Origin: Acidobacteriota bacterium
GTDB lineage: Bacteria > Acidobacteriota > UBA890 > WLXD01
DNA length: 64,000 nucleotides
Direction: 5' to 3'
NCBI GenBank assembly: GCA_965248695.1
Contig: CBDFKD010000002.1
Coordinates: 1,856,001-1,920,000, forward strand
This document shows, piece after piece, positions 59,605 through 64,000 of the stretch (position 1 is its first letter; each line of letters opens with the position of its first letter). The translations under genes and the position numbers were made by a program. The notes below the pieces were generated by a model. That model saw only the letters and a program-made list of their open reading frames with translations. It searched no databases and had not been told where the DNA came from.

Positions 59605-60935
59605 GGTGCGCCCTCGGGTGTGAATCCGACCGTCGTGGAATAGCGTCGGGGCACTCTGGAGCCGATGCGGCAGAGGATCTCGTGAGGGATGGTTCCGGCC
59701 CACTCCGACACCTCCTCGACGCTGACGTGAGCCGTCGTGTCCGCCTCCGGCTCGGCCGGCGGCGGCCGGTCAGCGTCCTCGTCGGCAGCCGCCACCGCCG
59801 TCGCTAGGGTGTCGGAGTATCCCTCCGACCTGACCTCGTCGTCGGTCCGGGGCCGGCGAGCCGCGGGACCGAACACCACGACCTCGTCGCCGACCCGAAC
59901 GGCGGGCACATCGGTCACGTCGACGAGGGTGAGATCCATGCTGACTCTGCCGATGATCGGCGCTCGCTGGTCGGCGACGGCGACCCAGCCACGGTTGCTG
60001 AGGGAACGCGGAAGGCCGTCATGGTACCCCAGCGGCAACGCTGCCACTCGGGTGTCTCTATAGGTGGTAGCGGTCATCCCGTACCCCACGGTGACCCCCT
60101 TGGGGAGATAGCGGATCGCCGTGACTGCAGTCACCAGCCGCATTGCTGGAAGCAGATCGACAATTCCCTTTCCCGGGGTCAGTGAGGCACCGTAGATTGC
60201 CAACCCCGGACGGACGCCAGTGAACGTCGGGCTCCGCCAGGACTCGGCGTGGTGCATCAGACCAGCACTGTTCGCCAGCGTTCGATTCACCGGCAGGATG
60301 TCGTCTTGCTCGAGCACGGCGCATACCTGATCGAGGATGTCTATCTGCTGGCGCGCGAAGTCGAAGCCGGGATCTGAGGCGACGAAGCTGTCGCCGCTGG
60401 CGAGATTGGAGAAAAGGCCATCGAACGCCAGCGTCGGTTCATCGGCCAACGCCCGCGCCAGGTGCGTGACCTGGTCCGGCAGGACGCCCAGCCGGCCCAT
60501 CCCCGTGTCTATCTTCAGATGAACCGAGACGGGCCCAATGGTGAGCTCGCGAGCGATGTCGGCCAGTCGCGCTCCGGTGGAGGCATCCTGGATGCCGGCG
60601 GCGAGCCCGTACTCGACGACCGTCCGGAAGGCGTCTTCAGGGGCCGATGCGGCCAAACCGGCCATCACCAGGATTGGCGTCTCGATACCCGCCTGACGGA
60701 GCTGGCGCCCCTCGGTCGCGGTCGCAACACAGAACCCGGCGACGCGCTCGGCGCAGAGCGCGCCGGCTACGGCCGTGGCTCCATGTCCATACGCGTCCGC
60801 CTTGACCACCGGCCATATGTCGATAGCGCCGACCTTGTCACGCAGGCGACGCAGGTTGTGTACACAGGCGCCAAGATCGATCTCGGCCACGGTCGGCCGG
60901 CAGGAGCTGGACATCAGCGGCGGAGCTTCGCGCAT
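59601..60935 (-). CDS. alr: alanine racemase
   Basis: VVKADAYGHG, KIDTGMGRLG, VGYG, GRVSMD, TIPHEI. Confidence 0.95.
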   Translation of the reverse strand: MREAPPLMSSSCRPTVAEIDLGACVHNLRRLRDKVGAIDIWPVVKADAYGHGATAVAGALCAERVAGFCVATATEGRQLRQAGIETPILVMAGLAASAPEDAFRTVVEYGLAAGIQDASTGARLADIARELTIGPVSVHLKIDTGMGRLGVLPDQVTHLARALADEPTLAFDGLFSNLASGDSFVASDPGFDFARQQIDILDQVCAVLEQDDILPVNRTLANSAGLMHHAESWRSPTFTGVRPGLAIYGASLTPGKGIVDLLPAMRLVTAVTAIRYLPKGVTVGYGMTATTYRDTRVAALPLGYHDGLPRSLSNRGWVAVADQRAPIIGRVSMDLTLVDVTDVPAVRVGDEVVVFGPAARRPRTDDEVRSEGYSDTLATAVAAADEDADRPPPAEPEADTTAHVSVEEVSEWAGTIPHEILCRIGSRVPRRYSTTVGFTPEGAP

Positions 60936-60971
60936 GCGCCTATGTTAGCTGCGCGCTCCGTTGCACACCGA

Positions 60972-62321
60972 TCAGTAGCTGCCCTCGGAATCAGCGCGAT
61001 CCCTGAACAGGGTGTAGGGCTTCAGGAAGGCGAGGGGAACGCTGCCGGTCGGGCCGTTCCTCTGCTTGGCGATGATCAGCTCAGCGAGGCCCTCGAGTTC
61101 CGGATCTTCCTGGTTGTAGACCTCCGGACGGAAGATGAACGCCACCACGTCGGCGTCCTGCTCCAGATTGCCGGACTCGCGCAGATCGGACAGCTGCGGG
61201 CGGTGACCGGACCGTGTTTCCGTCGCCCGCGACAGCTGCGAAAGAGCCAGGACAGGGACCTGTAGCTCCTTGGCGAGCGCCTTGAGCGAACGTGAGATCT
61301 CTCCCAGCTCGAGGTTGCGATTGTCGGTACGAGTGTTGCCGCGAACAAGCTGCAGGTAGTCGACGATCAACAGGTCGAGGCCGTGTTCCGCTTTGAGCCG
61401 GCGCGCCTTGGCCCGCATCTCGAGCGCCGTGAGCGAGGCCGAGTCATCGATGAATATCTTGGTCTCGGATAGCTTGTGCAGACCGTCGAGCAAGTTGTCC
61501 TTGTCACCGCTCGACAGGAACCCGGTGGCGAGCTTGTGCGCGTCGACCTTGGCCACTGCGGTAACCAGCCTGCGGATAACCTGCTGCACGGACATCTCGA
61601 GCGAGAAAACCCCGACGCTGCCACCCGCCTCGAGCGCCACGTGTTGGGCGACGTTGAGGGCCAGGGATGTCTTACCCATCGAGGGGCGCGCCGCGAGGAT
61701 GACCAGGTCGCCCGGCTGCAAGCCGGCAGTCAGCGCATCGAGCCGCTTGAAGCCGGTAGGTACGCCAGTGACGTAGTCACCGCGCTCCATGAGCTCCTCG
61801 ATCTCCTTCATGGCGTCGAAGGCGACGTCGCGAACGGAAAGGAACCCTCGCCGGATGTTGCTCTCGCTGATCGCGAAGATCGAGTGTTCGGCACGATCCA
61901 GCAGGTCATCCGTCTCGATGGCCCCCTCCAGGGCCATCCGGATGATTGAGTTCGATGCGCCGATGAGATTCCGTAGCGCCGCCTTGTCCTTGATGATGCG
62001 AGCGTACTGATCGACGTTGGCGGCGGCCGGCAGCCCGTCGATCAGGCTCGATATGTATGCCGCTCCACCGGCCCTCTCGAGCACGTCACGTCGCACGAGC
62101 TCCTCGCGCAGGGTGACCGTGTCGATGGCCTCTGAGCGCTCCGACAACCACGTCATTGCTTCGTAGATCAGCCGGTTGGCATCGCTGAAGAAGTCGTCCG
62201 GGCCGAGGACCTGCGCGGCGGCGTTCAACGCCTGGTTGTCCAGCAGCACGGCGCCGAGGATCGAGCGCTCCACCTCTACGTTGTGAGGCAGCGAGCGCTC
62301 GGTGGTCATCTCCTGCGGCAC
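60972..62321 (-). CDS. dnaB: replicative DNA helicase
   Basis: ARPSMGKT, FSLEM, DYLQL, SQLSR, SDLRESG, KQRNGP; no intein. Confidence 0.98.
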   Translation of the reverse strand: MPQEMTTERSLPHNVEVERSILGAVLLDNQALNAAAQVLGPDDFFSDANRLIYEAMTWLSERSEAIDTVTLREELVRRDVLERAGGAAYISSLIDGLPAAANVDQYARIIKDKAALRNLIGASNSIIRMALEGAIETDDLLDRAEHSIFAISESNIRRGFLSVRDVAFDAMKEIEELMERGDYVTGVPTGFKRLDALTAGLQPGDLVILAARPSMGKTSLALNVAQHVALEAGGSVGVFSLEMSVQQVIRRLVTAVAKVDAHKLATGFLSSGDKDNLLDGLHKLSETKIFIDDSASLTALEMRAKARRLKAEHGLDLLIVDYLQLVRGNTRTDNRNLELGEISRSLKALAKELQVPVLALSQLSRATETRSGHRPQLSDLRESGNLEQDADVVAFIFRPEVYNQEDPELEGLAELIIAKQRNGPTGSVPLAFLKPYTLFRDRADSEGSY

Positions 62322-62376
62322 GAGCTATCTCCGATCCTGCGTGGCGGCAGGCGCGAGCTTTGGCTCACGCCCCTGC

Positions 62377-62526
62377 CTAGAAGAGCGCATAAATGAACGG
62401 CGCAACGGCGGAGCCTTCAGATAACACGATCAGCAGGCCCAGCATCACGAGGAACACCACGATGGGGGTGAGCCACCACTTCTTCCGGGATCTCAAGAAA
62501 CCCCAGATGAGCCTTAGCCTCGACAT
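62377..62526 (-). CDS. DUF5989-like small membrane protein (49 aa, absent from ORF track)
   Basis: MSRLRLIWGFLRSRKKWWLTPIVVFLVMLGLLIVLSEGSAVAPFIYALF; AGGAGG RBS. Confidence 0.88.
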   Translation of the reverse strand: MSRLRLIWGFLRSRKKWWLTPIVVFLVMLGLLIVLSEGSAVAPFIYALF

Positions 62527-62603
62527 TTATCGACCTCCTGCTCCGACGTGCTGCGATTCGTCACGGAGAATACCAGCATCGCCCGGGGCTGTCCCGGCGC
62601 GCC

Positions 62604-63008
62604 TCAGTACGGCTTGTCCGGGCGCGAGGTGGGGCCATCCGGCTCGATCGGGACCCAGTAGCTCTGGGCGTCTGGATCTCGTCGCATGTCCAGAAGGTCC
62701 TTGCCGGATAGACGTAGCAGCAATCCCATCGGGGTCATCACGACGTAGAAGGTGAGCGTCAAGATCAACGTCGTCATCACTACTTGTAGGATCTGCGCCA
62801 AGGCCATCCAGAGTCGCTCGATCGGGCCCAGGACGCGCGGCGCGATCAGCCCGACGACCAAGAAGGCGGCCGCGATGTACAGCAGATACGGTCCTGCCGG
62901 CCGCGCGCGCCAAACCAAGAATGACCCGAGCGCCGCGAACGCGACCGTCATCACAAAGCCGAACTTGCGCAACCGTTGCACGTCGGTTTCTTGTCTCTTC
63001 TTCGCCAC
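62604..63008 (-). CDS. SxtJ-family membrane protein
   Basis: LRKFG, hydrophobic helices, WM.LA, TPMGL, SYW; follows carbamoyltransferase. Confidence 0.8.
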   Translation of the reverse strand: MAKKRQETDVQRLRKFGFVMTVAFAALGSFLVWRARPAGPYLLYIAAAFLVVGLIAPRVLGPIERLWMALAQILQVVMTTLILTLTFYVVMTPMGLLLRLSGKDLLDMRRDPDAQSYWVPIEPDGPTSRPDKPY

Positions 63009-63014
63009 GATCGT

Positions 63015-64000
63015 CTAGTCCAATTCGTACAGGTCGCGCCAGTCCACGTCGTCCCGGAGGGCGGGCTGGTCGGACTTCTTGAGGATGCAGTCCTGCATCA
63101 CGAGCACATCCATCTCGGTTCGCATGAAACAGAGATACGCGTCCTGGGGTGTACACACGATCGGCTCGCCGCGAACGTTGAACGACGTGTTGACGATGAT
63201 GCCGTAGCCGGTGCGCTCCTTGAATGCCTCGATCAGCCGGTGGTACTGCGCATGGTCGCGCGCGTCGACCGTCTGTACGCGGGCCGAGTAATCGACGTGC
63301 GTTACCGCCGGAATATCGGAGCGCGGCACGTTCAACTTGCTGATGCCGAACAGCTGCGTCTGCTCGTCGGTCATCGGGACCCGGCGGTCCTCTCGCACCG
63401 GCGCAACCAGCAGCATGTAGGGCGAAGGTCTGTCGAGCTCGAAATACTCGGACACATCCTCGACCAGACAGCTGGGTGCGAAGGGTCGGAACGACTCGCG
63501 GTACTTGATCTTCAGGTTGAGCTTGCGCTGCATCTCCTGATCGCGGGAATCACCGACGATGCTTCGAGCACCCAGCGCGCGGGGGCCGAACTCCATGCGC
63601 CCACTGAACCAGCCGACCACGTTCCCGGCCACCAACTCGTCGGCGGCGACGCCGGGGATCGTCTCTTCGGTGTGACGCTCGTAGGGGTGCCCCGCCTCGC
63701 GCAGCCATGCCTCGATCTCGTCGCCGCTCCACGACGGACCCAGGTAGGATCCGCTCTGCAGATCGCGACCGCCGCCGGCCGTGTACCGGGGAACGGCGTG
63801 AACCTGGTGGGCTGTGAAGAGGGCCGCGCCTAGGGCACCGCCGGCGTCACCGGCGGCAGGCTGGATCCAGATGTCGTCGAAGATACCGGCGCGCAGAATC
63901 TTGCCGTTGCCGACGCAATTCAGCGCGACTCCTCCCGCCATCACGAGGTTGCGCTCGCCCGTCTGAGCTCGGACATGCCGCGCCATGCGCAGCATGACTT
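63015..64000 (-). CDS. carbamoyltransferase (NodU/CmcH family), 5' part outside window
   Basis: AGGVALNCV, QPAAGDAG, EFGPRALG, FRPFAP, NTSFNVRGEP. Confidence 0.93.
   Translation of the reverse strand, partial: VMLRMARHVRAQTGERNLVMAGGVALNCVGNGKILRAGIFDDIWIQPAAGDAGGALGAALFTAHQVHAVPRYTAGGGRDLQSGSYLGPSWSGDEIEAWLREAGHPYERHTEETIPGVAADELVAGNVVGWFSGRMEFGPRALGARSIVGDSRDQEMQRKLNLKIKYRESFRPFAPSCLVEDVSEYFELDRPSPYMLLVAPVREDRRVPMTDEQTQLFGISKLNVPRSDIPAVTHVDYSARVQTVDARDHAQYHRLIEAFKERTGYGIIVNTSFNVRGEPIVCTPQDAYLCFMRTEMDVLVMQDCILKKSDQPALRDDVDWRDLYELD

Noticed and set aside
3426-63833. Many long plus-strand ORFs (e.g. 4343-5650, 18179-19285, 40399-41442, 42567-43763, 54792-55730)
   Set aside because: Antisense shadows of well-supported minus-strand genes in GC-rich DNA, with no recognisable motifs.
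62377-64000. Saxitoxin biosynthesis
   Set aside because: Only the widespread carbamoyltransferase trio is present; no sxtA/sxtG-like genes in the window.

Overview
GC-rich bacterial chromosome segment, almost entirely coded on the minus strand; gene content suggests an Acidobacteriota-like organism (inference, not tested). In transcription order (high to low coordinates): partial carbamoyltransferase, SxtJ-like and DUF5989-like genes; dnaB, alr, mlaE, mlaF, (inverted rmlC), mlaD, rmlD; hsp20; a coupled cluster of flippase-like protein, SDR, ACP, AMP-ligase, LuxE, LuxC, hexapeptide acyltransferase and GT2; PIN/TRAM; ECF sigma; Gfo/Idh/MocA, DegT, (inverted YdcF); probable anti-sigma; a T2SS-like block (GspF, GspE, PilMNO-like, TPR-secretin-cohesin, pseudopilins with an MDR dehydrogenase among them); a Myxococcus-like T4P block (pilB, epimerase, pilT, pilC, pilS, pilR, sigma54-driven pilin, ABC pair, TPR protein, pilD, minor pilins); M16 peptidase; purBSQLFMN; tyrS; a full 16S rRNA gene with promoter and part of the ITS. 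The best candidate for an undescribed system is a luciferase-free LuxC/LuxE/ACP acyl-reduction module linked to amino-sugar enzymes, whose partner genes are interleaved through, and in places translationally coupled to, the pilus/secretion genes. Two frameshifts (pilC, pilW-like), a probable missing base at the rmlD start and scattered motif substitutions may be sequence errors. All protein calls are by motif recognition, without database searches.
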